Assembly (NCBI GenBank): GCA_017960645.1 | Contig: JAGCYU010000017.1 | Location: 7,721-71,720, forward strand | DNA length: 64,000 nucleotides | Origin: Alphaproteobacteria bacterium | GTDB lineage: Bacteria; Pseudomonadota; Alphaproteobacteria; CAAHEQ01; UBA3637 | Direction: 5' to 3' | Shown here: piece by piece, positions 46,757 through 55,529 of the stretch | Position numbering within the stretch: the stretch's first letter is position 1 | Layout: each line of letters starts with the position of its first letter | Made by a program: the position numbers and the translations under genes | The notes under the pieces: generated by a model | Databases searched by the model: none | Told to the model about the DNA's origin: nothing | Seen by the model: only the letters and a program-made list of their open reading frames with translations

Positions 46757-47920
46757 ATGAAAAAGAATTGGAGACGTCATTTATTGGTAGGTATTATCGT
46801 AGCCCTGATGTTTTTCGGGTGGTTTTTACGCGGTTTTTTGTGGATGAATTGGCGTTTTAGGTTATTTTCCGCGCACTCTTGGGGATATGTTTTACATGAA
46901 TTTAAATCTGGTTGGATGTTGGATGCATTAAGCGATTGGATTTTTTTGTTTACAATATGTTCTGCAGGTCCGTGTTTTTTATACTTATGGTATCTATGTG
47001 CTAAAGTCAGATGGCGGGCTTTAGTCAAGAAATTGTTGAAGAAGATAATATATATTATCTGGATTCCTATTTTGTGGTTGCAGGGCAAGAAAGCCAAAAA
47101 AACAACTAAAAAAGAGGTCGTTCAAAATAATACAGTCGTTAATGTTGTGGCAACTACAACAGCTAAGCCGGCTTCTAACCGCCCTCGTGCTATGACAGTA
47201 CAAAATAAGGGAGGGGTGACAACACCACAATATACGCCTAAATCGACTTTCAAAATGCCTCAAACAGCAATGGGAGGGGCGTCTGGATATGGCAGAGGTA
47301 TGTCAGATGCATTTGATATGCCGACTATGCCTGATATGGATAATGAATCCTATGCAGCGGATATATCGCAGATTCCTTTGGAAGATATCCATTTGCCCGA
47401 ACGCAAAGCAGTTATTGAAGATTTGGATGCCATTTGGGTTGAACGTAACTATTCTGTGATAAAAAATGTTTCGCTAGGAAAAGAGCAGATGGATTATGTG
47501 GCTGTTAATAAAGACACTATTTTTGTCGGTTTGTTGGATAAAGAACAATTTGATTGGTTAGCCGACGAAGAATCCTATAATAACGAGGAGCCTTTGTGGT
47601 TTTCCGAAGCTTCCCACCGTGTATCACCAATCTTTATATTGAACAGGGCTGTGCAAGTATTAAAAGAACGGTTGGGCGTTTTGTGTAAAGACTTTACAAT
47701 AAAACCGTTGTTGATTGAGCAAAAGGGAAATATTATCAATGCGCCCGATATGATGAAAAGTTGGTTGGAGATGGGTGTTATTGTTTGTCGGACGGATATT
47801 GGTGGGCCGGATGATTTATCTTTATTTGGTGATTTTTTGAAAGCAGGGGAACCTGTTGATACTGAAGTGTTTGAAAATGTGAAGTCAGTGGTATTAGGTG
47901 AGGAGAATAATAATGGCTGA
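46757..47920 (+). CDS. Membrane protein with a low-complexity linker and a cytoplasmic NERD-like domain; first gene of the coupling-protein operon
   Basis: About 3 N-terminal TM helices and a T/P/Q/M/G-rich linker. The C-terminal region (MDYVAVNKDTIFVGLLDKE...HRVSPIFILNRAVQVLKERL) resembles NERD by eye. Its stop overlaps the ATG of the next gene. Confidence 0.5.
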   Translation: MKKNWRRHLLVGIIVALMFFGWFLRGFLWMNWRFRLFSAHSWGYVLHEFKSGWMLDALSDWIFLFTICSAGPCFLYLWYLCAKVRWRALVKKLLKKIIYIIWIPILWLQGKKAKKTTKKEVVQNNTVVNVVATTTAKPASNRPRAMTVQNKGGVTTPQYTPKSTFKMPQTAMGGASGYGRGMSDAFDMPTMPDMDNESYAADISQIPLEDIHLPERKAVIEDLDAIWVERNYSVIKNVSLGKEQMDYVAVNKDTIFVGLLDKEQFDWLADEESYNNEEPLWFSEASHRVSPIFILNRAVQVLKERLGVLCKDFTIKPLLIEQKGNIINAPDMMKSWLEMGVIVCRTDIGGPDDLSLFGDFLKAGEPVDTEVFENVKSVVLGEENNNG

Positions 47921-50279
47921 TGCGTATGAAGAGAAAAAGAAATATGTCAAATGGGTCATTGGAACATTATTGATTGCCCTGATCCTTTTTTACTTTTTGT
48001 TATTACTGGCATTGCCATTAGAATTATGGTTTGCTAAAGGGTTAAGTATTGATACCTTAAATGCCGCAATAGATTTTTGGAAAAAATGTGTTGTTAATGT
48101 TGCCGCGTTAAGCAGAGCCTATGCACGTTGGTGGGGCAGGTTAAGTGATGCCCAAAATGCGACCTTTGCAACGTATATTCCTTTGATGCCATTTGTTGTT
48201 TTAATTATGACAATTTTGTTTGGGTTGTTTAAAAATCCGTATAAAAACCAAATTAACGTTTTTGGAGAAGGCCGAATGGCAACTTGGGCCGATATCAAAA
48301 AGATGGGTTTGTTTGATGGAAAATACGTTGTATTGGGGCGTTTCAAAGGACGTTTTATGAAAATGAATGAAACGTTATCGGCCTTAGTGGTCGCGCCGCC
48401 CGGTACCGGTAAAACAGCGGGAGTTGTGGTTCCAACAATTTTTGAAACTCCGGATTGCAGTTTGATTGTGAATGATCCCAAGCCCGAGTTATGTGATATG
48501 ACCTCTGGGTATCGTGCAACACAAGGCCCTGTATTTATTATTAACTGGGGAAAAGAGGATGATCCAGAAAAAGGTATTTATTATCCAAGCTGGAATCCGT
48601 TGTCGCCTCAATGTCTGCCACCTTTGGGACCTGCGCGTGATATGTATATTGATTCTATGTTGCCGATTTTGATTGAAGAGCCAAAGGGAGGTGCAGATCC
48701 TCACTGGTCCAGAACAGGACGGAACGCTATGTCAGGTTTTTTGCATTTTATTTCATCCAAATGTGAACGCGCCCGAGCCAATGATTATTTTGTTAATAAA
48801 CTTCAAGAGGGAAGCTTTGATGCTGAGGATGCCGAAATTTTAAAAACATATTATATGGACATGCAAGATGTGAGTGCCAGAGTTGCTTTAGATGCATTAA
48901 ATTCGGGCAATTTAACTTTAGGTAATTATGCCCCTGTCGGCACATGGGATGGTATTCCGCAAAATTGGTATGGGTGCGAACCATGTATTGCTATGATTTT
49001 GGAATGGTGGAATATGTTGGCAACCCAAGCCGCCGCGGAAATTAAACGGCGTGCAGATGAAGGCGATCAAATGGCTATGATGTCAGATCCAATCAAAAGC
49101 ATTTTGGAAACAGCCACAGCTGAATGTACGCGTTTTGGGTATTCGCACCGTGCAGAGTTGGAATTGCGGCAATTGGCAGCCACACCGGATAAAGAACGAG
49201 GATCTATTTTATCTACGGCATTTAATGGTATTGGTATCTTTAAAAACGCGGCAGTTGTTATGCGAACACGTTTTAGTGATTTTACGTTTAGAGATTTGCG
49301 CGGGATGGTTGATCCTGTGTCCGGTCAAATGAAGCCAGTGACGGTGTATCTTTCGGTGGATCAGGTTGATGCCCGCGCTTTAAATGTTATTACAGGTATT
49401 TTTGTCGAATTGATGAGCGCTTACTTGATTGCCAATAAACCGAATCACATAGGGGCTGATGGCCAGCAAGCGGGGCCTTATCCAGTTATGTTTGTTTTGG
49501 ATGAATTTCCTCAAATGCCTAAATTGGCGGCTGTTAAAGACGGCCCCGCAGTTGGGCGTGGACAAAAGGTGTCTTATTTGTTGATTGGGCAGGATTTAGG
49601 ACAGATTTCTGGTCAGTATGGTAAAGATGATTTGGAAACAATCATTACAACCACAGCAGCCAAGGTTATTTTGGCTCAAAACAACGAACAAACGGCCGAA
49701 CGTTTTGTTAAAATGGTTGGCACAAAAACCATTGAAATTGCCTCTCGTTCAAAACAAGAAGGTTTAAATGCCCCAAGCGGCAGCATGTTCACGGAAAATG
49801 TCAGTCGGTCTTTGCAACAATCTAATGTGTTGACTGTGGCAGATTTAACGAGTTTGCCTAAATTAAAGCAATATGTTTTAATGCAAGGATGGTTAAGTCG
49901 TCCAATTTTGGCGGATTCACCCTATTGGTTTATGAATAATAAGATGAAGAAGAAGGGGGCAATTCCTCCTGCTCCAAATGTGCCGAATTGGATTGTGGCG
50001 GCACGTGAATTCCAACCCGAAGTGAATCAAAATGAACAAAATCAAATGCCAACAGAAGGACCAGAAGGTGCATCAGCCGAAGCTTTAATGAATGCTGTAA
50101 ATCCATCAGACGAATTCATTGCGCCTATGACAGATCAGATGAATCAAATAGGATCTGAAGACATGCCTGAATCAGAATTTGGATCGCCCGTAAACGAAGC
50201 GCCAATGGCGGCCGAGCAAACATCAGAATGGTTAAATCCTTTCCCAGAGGATGAAAAGCCGGATCAGCCTAAACCTTAA
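47913..50279 (+). CDS. Type IV coupling protein (VirD4/TraG/DotL family ATPase)
   Basis: Two N-terminal TM helices, Walker A LVVAPPGTGKTAGVVVPT, SLIVNDPKPEL, Walker B VMFVLDEFPQMP, and a long acidic/Pro-rich C-terminal tail. AGGTGAGGAG RBS. Confidence 0.85.
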   Translation: MADAYEEKKKYVKWVIGTLLIALILFYFLLLLALPLELWFAKGLSIDTLNAAIDFWKKCVVNVAALSRAYARWWGRLSDAQNATFATYIPLMPFVVLIMTILFGLFKNPYKNQINVFGEGRMATWADIKKMGLFDGKYVVLGRFKGRFMKMNETLSALVVAPPGTGKTAGVVVPTIFETPDCSLIVNDPKPELCDMTSGYRATQGPVFIINWGKEDDPEKGIYYPSWNPLSPQCLPPLGPARDMYIDSMLPILIEEPKGGADPHWSRTGRNAMSGFLHFISSKCERARANDYFVNKLQEGSFDAEDAEILKTYYMDMQDVSARVALDALNSGNLTLGNYAPVGTWDGIPQNWYGCEPCIAMILEWWNMLATQAAAEIKRRADEGDQMAMMSDPIKSILETATAECTRFGYSHRAELELRQLAATPDKERGSILSTAFNGIGIFKNAAVVMRTRFSDFTFRDLRGMVDPVSGQMKPVTVYLSVDQVDARALNVITGIFVELMSAYLIANKPNHIGADGQQAGPYPVMFVLDEFPQMPKLAAVKDGPAVGRGQKVSYLLIGQDLGQISGQYGKDDLETIITTTAAKVILAQNNEQTAERFVKMVGTKTIEIASRSKQEGLNAPSGSMFTENVSRSLQQSNVLTVADLTSLPKLKQYVLMQGWLSRPILADSPYWFMNNKMKKKGAIPPAPNVPNWIVAAREFQPEVNQNEQNQMPTEGPEGASAEALMNAVNPSDEFIAPMTDQMNQIGSEDMPESEFGSPVNEAPMAAEQTSEWLNPFPEDEKPDQPKP

Positions 50280-50296
50280 AAAGGAGATTATCATTA

Positions 50297-50977
50297 ATGG
50301 TGACAAAACAAACTTCCTTGGATATGGTTGAATTAAGCGGGGAGGATGTTTATCCTGATTGGGAAAATTTACTTAAAAATAACACTGAAAATAAAGATGG
50401 AAAAAACACAGCTAAATCTGAGCTGGATATTTCTCTGGATATGTTATTGGATGAAAAAAAAGATATCAATTATTGGCAGGATTTATTTAATCAGATGAAT
50501 TTTCCGGGCATGGATTTAATGGCCGTGAACAAAGATAATAATTATGTGCTAGATCCGTTGGAAGAGCATAAAATTTTTCAAGAAAAGATTGTTCAATTTT
50601 TAAAGCTGTTGGCCACAGAAAATGTGAATGACTTGCGTACAGCTGGTATCTCGGAAAGCAGCATTTTTGCAATGGAAAAGGGGTTGGCCCCCGTGAATTG
50701 GACGGTTCATTTGAAGTATCCTTTGGCCTATACCGGACGTTTGGATTTTGATAATATGGTTTTAATTCAAATACAGCCCTTTCATGAAGATATTCACCAA
50801 TTTATTAACAAACAAATTTTATCCAAAGCAGGTGTTGCTCGTCCCGAAGAATTATATATTCCGGTTCCTTCCGGACGCGTTTATATTCCAATGTCCGGTT
50901 CGTTTGGTGGTGCAGGCGGAGGAAAGGCTGCAGCACAGATTTCCTCAAACAGCGGTAATGCGAATGGAGGGCGATGA
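50297..50977 (+). CDS. Protein with a colicin-DNase-like HNH (beta-beta-alpha-Me) motif and a Gly-rich C-terminal tail
   Basis: VHLKYPLAYTGRLDFDNMVLIQIQPFHEDIH versus colicin E9 [30 protein letters not shown]. Spacings are H-15-N and H-4-H, with a shared DxDN and HxDIH. AAGGAG RBS. Confidence 0.55.
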   Translation: MVTKQTSLDMVELSGEDVYPDWENLLKNNTENKDGKNTAKSELDISLDMLLDEKKDINYWQDLFNQMNFPGMDLMAVNKDNNYVLDPLEEHKIFQEKIVQFLKLLATENVNDLRTAGISESSIFAMEKGLAPVNWTVHLKYPLAYTGRLDFDNMVLIQIQPFHEDIHQFINKQILSKAGVARPEELYIPVPSGRVYIPMSGSFGGAGGGKAAAQISSNSGNANGGR

Positions 50978-51447
50978 TGTATTTATTGCGTCATTTATTA
51001 GATACAATGACCCAAGATTATGCTTTGACCTTTCGTCCGTTGAATTTAGCAGAAGTCAAACGCTTGTCTATTGCTTTGAAAAAAAATAATCTGTGTGTCA
51101 TTCCCTCAGATTATGCCAATTTTTTGTGTTGGTCAGACGGTTTGGTGTGGCGTAATTTAGAATTATTTTCCGTGTATTCTTATGAGCGTCCGGATACAGT
51201 TTATCCTCATCCTACTTTATTGGAAATCCAAAAAAAACATCTTTTAGAAGATGCATTTCCTCATAAAATTATCTTGGGGCGAGAGCTTGAATCAATTATT
51301 TGTTATGATGAACAAAAAAGACTCTATGAAATCCTGGAACGTTTTTCGTATCAACCTGTTATTCAGTTTGCTAGGTTTGTGGATTTATTGTATTTTTATG
51401 TTGGCAAGGAAAGGTCTTCAACTGTTCCAACGGAAACAGCTTCGTAA
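50974..51447 (+). CDS. SUKH (SMI1/KNR4)-like protein, immunity-protein candidate
   Basis: LAEVKRLSIALKKNNLCVIPSDYANFLCWSDGLVWRNLELFSV fits the SMI1/KNR4 N-terminal pattern. ATGA overlap with the upstream HNH gene. Confidence 0.5.
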   Translation: MMYLLRHLLDTMTQDYALTFRPLNLAEVKRLSIALKKNNLCVIPSDYANFLCWSDGLVWRNLELFSVYSYERPDTVYPHPTLLEIQKKHLLEDAFPHKIILGRELESIICYDEQKRLYEILERFSYQPVIQFARFVDLLYFYVGKERSSTVPTETAS

Positions 51448-52496
51448 ACACCCGTTGTAGAAGGAAAGCTGATTGGTAAATTAAGCATGTGCCGTGTGGC
51501 TAAAAATGCAAAGCCGGTGGCATCTAAATTTTCAGAATATTTAAAAATATTTTTGCCTGTTTGTATATTTTGTAAGAGTTGTGATAACAACAGCATTAAC
51601 GTTGGATTGTTTGTGCCACCTCCTGTAAAAATCCATTGAGCAGGAGGATCTGGCAAAAATTTTTCGGCATTTTTAATGCTATGGGCTAAAAAGGCTGTTA
51701 ATGTGGCAGCGCCATCAGCTACAGACAAGCCTTCTACTTGCTCTAGAATATTTTGAAAATTAGTTCGCTGAACTGCTTTCGGTGGTTTTTTCAGTTGGTA
51801 TTCTTGTGTCAGAAGTGTTTTTAAGACACGTTCATCAATTTTACCTTTGGCACCATACAAGCCATTAAAGTCCATTTCTTGCCCCGTATAGCGTTCTATC
51901 CAACGATCCAGCAAGATTGTTCCAAGGCCTATATCAAAACCGATAATATTTCCTACCGCACCAATATAACTTAAACGCGTAATACCACCTAATCCAATAA
52001 TGGCAGTAGGTTTTTCTAAATCCCGACACATAGCGTCCCAAAATACAGCTAAAAGAGGGGAGCCAACTCCGCCGGCATTTAAATCTTCTTGTACAAAACG
52101 ATGAACCACAGGTAATTGTAGTTGTTGGGCAATTTCTTGAGCATTGCCAAATGTTAGATGTACTTTTGTGTCCGGTTGATGTAAGAATCCATACCCAGAC
52201 AAACCAATTAAATCAATCTTAGGGACCTTTTGCTTTGTTTGCATCATCAGCTCTGTTGCCAAAGAAATAAAACAATTTGTGACTTGCATATCTAGGGTAT
52301 GCAACTTTTGTGTATCTGAAAAATCATTTTGAGTCAGCGACAACAGTTGTTGGTGTAATTCATGCGGATAGGGACGCGTCAGTGTCGCGGCTACATCCAG
52401 GATATCCAGCCCATCAGTTAAAACCAAACTGGCTTGTAATTCCGTAGCAGCAGGATCTGAGTGTAATCCAATTGCCCATTTGGCCCCTATTTTCAT
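51396..52496 (-). CDS. anmK: Anhydro-N-acetylmuramic acid kinase
   Basis: IGLGGITRLSY, GFDIGLG and FTGGGTNNPTLMLLL motifs. The N-terminal glycine-rich motif is diverged. Confidence 0.7.
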   Translation of the reverse strand: MKIGAKWAIGLHSDPAATELQASLVLTDGLDILDVAATLTRPYPHELHQQLLSLTQNDFSDTQKLHTLDMQVTNCFISLATELMMQTKQKVPKIDLIGLSGYGFLHQPDTKVHLTFGNAQEIAQQLQLPVVHRFVQEDLNAGGVGSPLLAVFWDAMCRDLEKPTAIIGLGGITRLSYIGAVGNIIGFDIGLGTILLDRWIERYTGQEMDFNGLYGAKGKIDERVLKTLLTQEYQLKKPPKAVQRTNFQNILEQVEGLSVADGAATLTAFLAHSIKNAEKFLPDPPAQWIFTGGGTNNPTLMLLLSQLLQNIQTGKNIFKYSENLDATGFAFLATRHMLNLPISFPSTTGVYEAVSVGTVEDLSLPT

Positions 52497-53257
52497 TTTG
52501 CATCTCCAAAGGGCAGTGGTAACTTTGCCTGCTCATCTTCTATCGTTTCTTGTAAATGTTTTAAAAAGGCACGTTTTTCCATCCCTGGTAAAATAGTTGG
52601 CAAAAAACGCACTGTTAAAATACCACTATGTTTTTTCATTTTGTTTTTGGGCCAACAATATCCACAATTCAAGGCTACAGGGACCACAGGAACATGGCAA
52701 TTTTCATATAAAAGAGCAATACCCGGTTGATAAGGCGTATCATTCCTTTTATCCGGTGCAACACGTGTTCCTTCCGGGAAAATAACCATATTTTTCCCTT
52801 GTTGAAAACGAATTTTGGCATCAGCTAATAATTTTTTTAATGTGCGACCACCGCCGCCACGATTAATAGGAATACAACCCGTTTTTAAAGCGTACAAATT
52901 AGCAAAAGGTAAGAATAACAGCTCGCGTTTAAATACATAGAAAACATTAGGAACAAATCTGTGAAATAATAGGGTATCTAAGGCAGATTGATGTTTAGAT
53001 GCAACAATATAGCCATTTTTTTGTGGCAAGTTGTTCAAGCCTTCCACATTAATTTTGACCCCACAGATAATACGTAATAAAAAGGCGGCAGTTCCTGTCC
53101 ATACAATGGGAAAGGTCATGGTGGCACGGTATGGCATGAAAAGTGTGGGAACCCATAAAACAAAAATAACAGCAGAGGATAAGTAGAATGCTAGCAAAAA
53201 TAAAATAGAGCGTAAATACATCATGTGGTTAGCCTTTCCAAAAATTGTGTTATCCAA
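52493..53257 (-). CDS. plsC: 1-acyl-sn-glycerol-3-phosphate acyltransferase
   Basis: HxxxxD box (SKHQSALDT) and the FPEGTR box. Confidence 0.8.
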   Translation of the reverse strand: MDNTIFGKANHMMYLRSILFLLAFYLSSAVIFVLWVPTLFMPYRATMTFPIVWTGTAAFLLRIICGVKINVEGLNNLPQKNGYIVASKHQSALDTLLFHRFVPNVFYVFKRELLFLPFANLYALKTGCIPINRGGGGRTLKKLLADAKIRFQQGKNMVIFPEGTRVAPDKRNDTPYQPGIALLYENCHVPVVPVALNCGYCWPKNKMKKHSGILTVRFLPTILPGMEKRAFLKHLQETIEDEQAKLPLPFGDAK

Positions 53258-53808
53258 ACATATAAAAATTTATGATATTCCAGCAATAGTTGCCATGCTG
53301 ATCGGGTATAAATCCAATTCACGGATTGATCAAATTGTCTTGGCCAAATAGGATAAAAAGAAATGTCAGTATTTGGCAACTGAGCAGAAATTTCTAAATA
53401 GGCTCGAGGCATGTGGTAAAAGCTGGTAACCAACAAGATGGTTTTGAAATGATGATGTTCTATCCATCCCTTTGTTTCTAAGGCATTTTCTTCGGTTGTT
53501 GTCGCTTGATATCCCAAGGTAATGCGTCTTTTGATTTCTTCTGGTGCTTTTGCAAGGACACTTGCCGGAGATATTTTTTGATTGACCCCTGTAATCAATA
53601 ATCTATCTGCTTTATCTTGAGTTAATAAATCAATGGCCGTTTGAACACGATATTCACCACCCGTTAGGGCAACAATCGCTTCTGTGTGCAATGGGGGTGA
53701 GATAAGCTTGAAACTGAACACATATAGCAAAAAGCAAACAAAACCGATAATCCAAGCAGTAATGCCTAAAAAAAGAAAATACAATAAACTAGCACGCAAA
53801 ATTTTCAT
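53221..53808 (-). CDS. YdcF/ElyC (DUF218) family protein
   Basis: N-terminal TM segment. LTGGEYRV, LLITGVN and LVTSFYHMPRA motifs. Confidence 0.65.
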   Translation of the reverse strand: MKILRASLLYFLFLGITAWIIGFVCFLLYVFSFKLISPPLHTEAIVALTGGEYRVQTAIDLLTQDKADRLLITGVNQKISPASVLAKAPEEIKRRITLGYQATTTEENALETKGWIEHHHFKTILLVTSFYHMPRAYLEISAQLPNTDISFYPIWPRQFDQSVNWIYTRSAWQLLLEYHKFLYVWITQFLERLTT

Positions 53809-54699
53809 TTATAAAAACTTTTTTAAGTATCTTTGAACTGTGTAAAATGTTGTACAAAAAGCCAATGCCGCCATGCCAACCGGAATAGAAATTAATGCCA
53901 GCCATTCTAAATGAGTAAGCGATGCTTGAAACATAAATGTTGAAACAGATTTTAAAAAGACCACTAAGCCCAGCATAACAGGAATAGCAAGCACAAAACC
54001 AATAAAACTGCCCCAAAAAGCATATTTAAAACTGTACATAGAATATTTGAGCGTAATGTATAAATCCTTTGCTCCCATCATATGTACCAAGGAAATAATG
54101 GATTGTTGGATAGACAAGCTGGACTTCGTCGTGTAAATGACGGTGATGGCAACTGTTGTTAAAAGCATCAACAAAACAAAAGCAATTAAGTTTAATATGC
54201 CGTTTGATAATGTGATTAAATCATCCAGCCAAATGCGATGGCTGTCTAAGACTGCGGACGGAACAACGTCATTCAATTCCGATTTTAATCTTTCTAGCAT
54301 GGGCTTTGTTGCAGTATCAATGGAAACATCAATCAACTTTGGCAAAGGGAGTTCATTGATTGCCGCGTCTGTTCCCAACCATGGACTCATTAACTCGGCC
54401 ATTTCTGCATTATTTAAAATAGTAGCTCCTAAAACACCCGGCGCGGTACGTAGCAATGTTAATGCTTGTTCTAAATCTTGGGAAACGGCATCGCCCCTGG
54501 GCAGTCCTTGAGAATCATATGTAGGAATTTGCACTGTTAACGAGGATGATACGCCGCGTTGCCAGCTTGCCAAAGAATGAGAAATCACAATGCCACCTGC
54601 GCTGATTAAGGTGGCGATAAAGACCATTAAAGCACACATCCAAGGTAAAAAGAATCTGGTTGAACTTTTGGAAAATAAAAATTCTGATTTTTTAGCCAT
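53809..54699 (-). CDS. ftsX: Cell-division ABC transporter permease FtsX
   Basis: 296 aa with four TM segments and a large first periplasmic loop. Overlaps the upstream ftsE. Confidence 0.7.
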   Translation of the reverse strand: MAKKSEFLFSKSSTRFFLPWMCALMVFIATLISAGGIVISHSLASWQRGVSSSLTVQIPTYDSQGLPRGDAVSQDLEQALTLLRTAPGVLGATILNNAEMAELMSPWLGTDAAINELPLPKLIDVSIDTATKPMLERLKSELNDVVPSAVLDSHRIWLDDLITLSNGILNLIAFVLLMLLTTVAITVIYTTKSSLSIQQSIISLVHMMGAKDLYITLKYSMYSFKYAFWGSFIGFVLAIPVMLGLVVFLKSVSTFMFQASLTHLEWLALISIPVGMAALAFCTTFYTVQRYLKKFL

Positions 54700-55441
54700 T
54701 TTTTACCTCTCTTTTAAATAATTTTGCCGTCATATCGCTGTATTTTTCACTTGGGGGGATGATTTTCAAGTGATTATTCGCTAAATGTAACTGTGGAAAA
54801 TTAAAGCTTTTAATCAAACCTTCATTGTGAGTTGCTACAACAACAGTTGTTCCCAGTTTGTTTAATTCTAAAAATAAATATAAAAGCCGTTTTGCCATAG
54901 CATCATCAACATTTCCTGTTGGTTCGTCCGCCAATAATAAAGCTGGCTTATGAATAACAGCACGTGCAATGGCAATACGTTGTTGTTCCCCGCCCGAAAG
55001 TGCATTGGGAAAGGCTTTCATTTGTTTTTCCAATCCGACCCATGTTAACATTTCGCTGACATGCTTGCGGATATCAGATTCTTTTTCCCCGCACAAACGT
55101 AAAGGTAAAGCCACATTATCAAAGGCATTAAGGTGTTCCAGCAAACGGAAATCTTGGAAAACAACGCCAATTTGACGACGGATTTGGGCTTTCGCAGAAC
55201 GGCTGAGTGTGTCGGTTGCTTGTCCAAATAGACGGATGCGCCCGCGTGTCGGTTCATGGTGTAAATATAATAGACTCAGTAACGAAGTTTTTCCGGCACC
55301 GCTTTCCCCTGTCATAAAATGAAAAGAACCAGGCGTTAAAGCAAAGTGAATGTCTTTTAAAACTTCTGGACTACCTGGATAGCGCAAAGAGACTCCATTA
55401 AACTCTGCAATAAAGGGAGAAAGTTTGTTTTGTTCCATCAT
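54692..55441 (-). CDS. ftsE: Cell-division ABC transporter ATP-binding protein FtsE
   Basis: Walker A GESGAGKTS, signature LSGGEQQRIAIARA, Walker B LLLADEPTG. Confidence 0.85.
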   Translation of the reverse strand: MMEQNKLSPFIAEFNGVSLRYPGSPEVLKDIHFALTPGSFHFMTGESGAGKTSLLSLLYLHHEPTRGRIRLFGQATDTLSRSAKAQIRRQIGVVFQDFRLLEHLNAFDNVALPLRLCGEKESDIRKHVSEMLTWVGLEKQMKAFPNALSGGEQQRIAIARAVIHKPALLLADEPTGNVDDAMAKRLLYLFLELNKLGTTVVVATHNEGLIKSFNFPQLHLANNHLKIIPPSEKYSDMTAKLFKREVKNG

Positions 55442-55529
55442 TTTTTTGCCTCATTTGAAAAAAAGTTGTATCTTTTTTGGAAATCATATATATTATATTT
55501 ACATCATTTTTTTAAAAAGGGAAAGATAA

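Noticed and set aside
46757-50279. Assignment of the membrane protein and T4CP pair as DotM/DotL (IcmP/IcmO) of a Dot/Icm type IVB system
   Set aside because: Only protein sizes, gene order and topology are similar. I cannot confirm sequence similarity without a search, and no other dot/icm genes are present in the window. It is kept only as a possibility to test.
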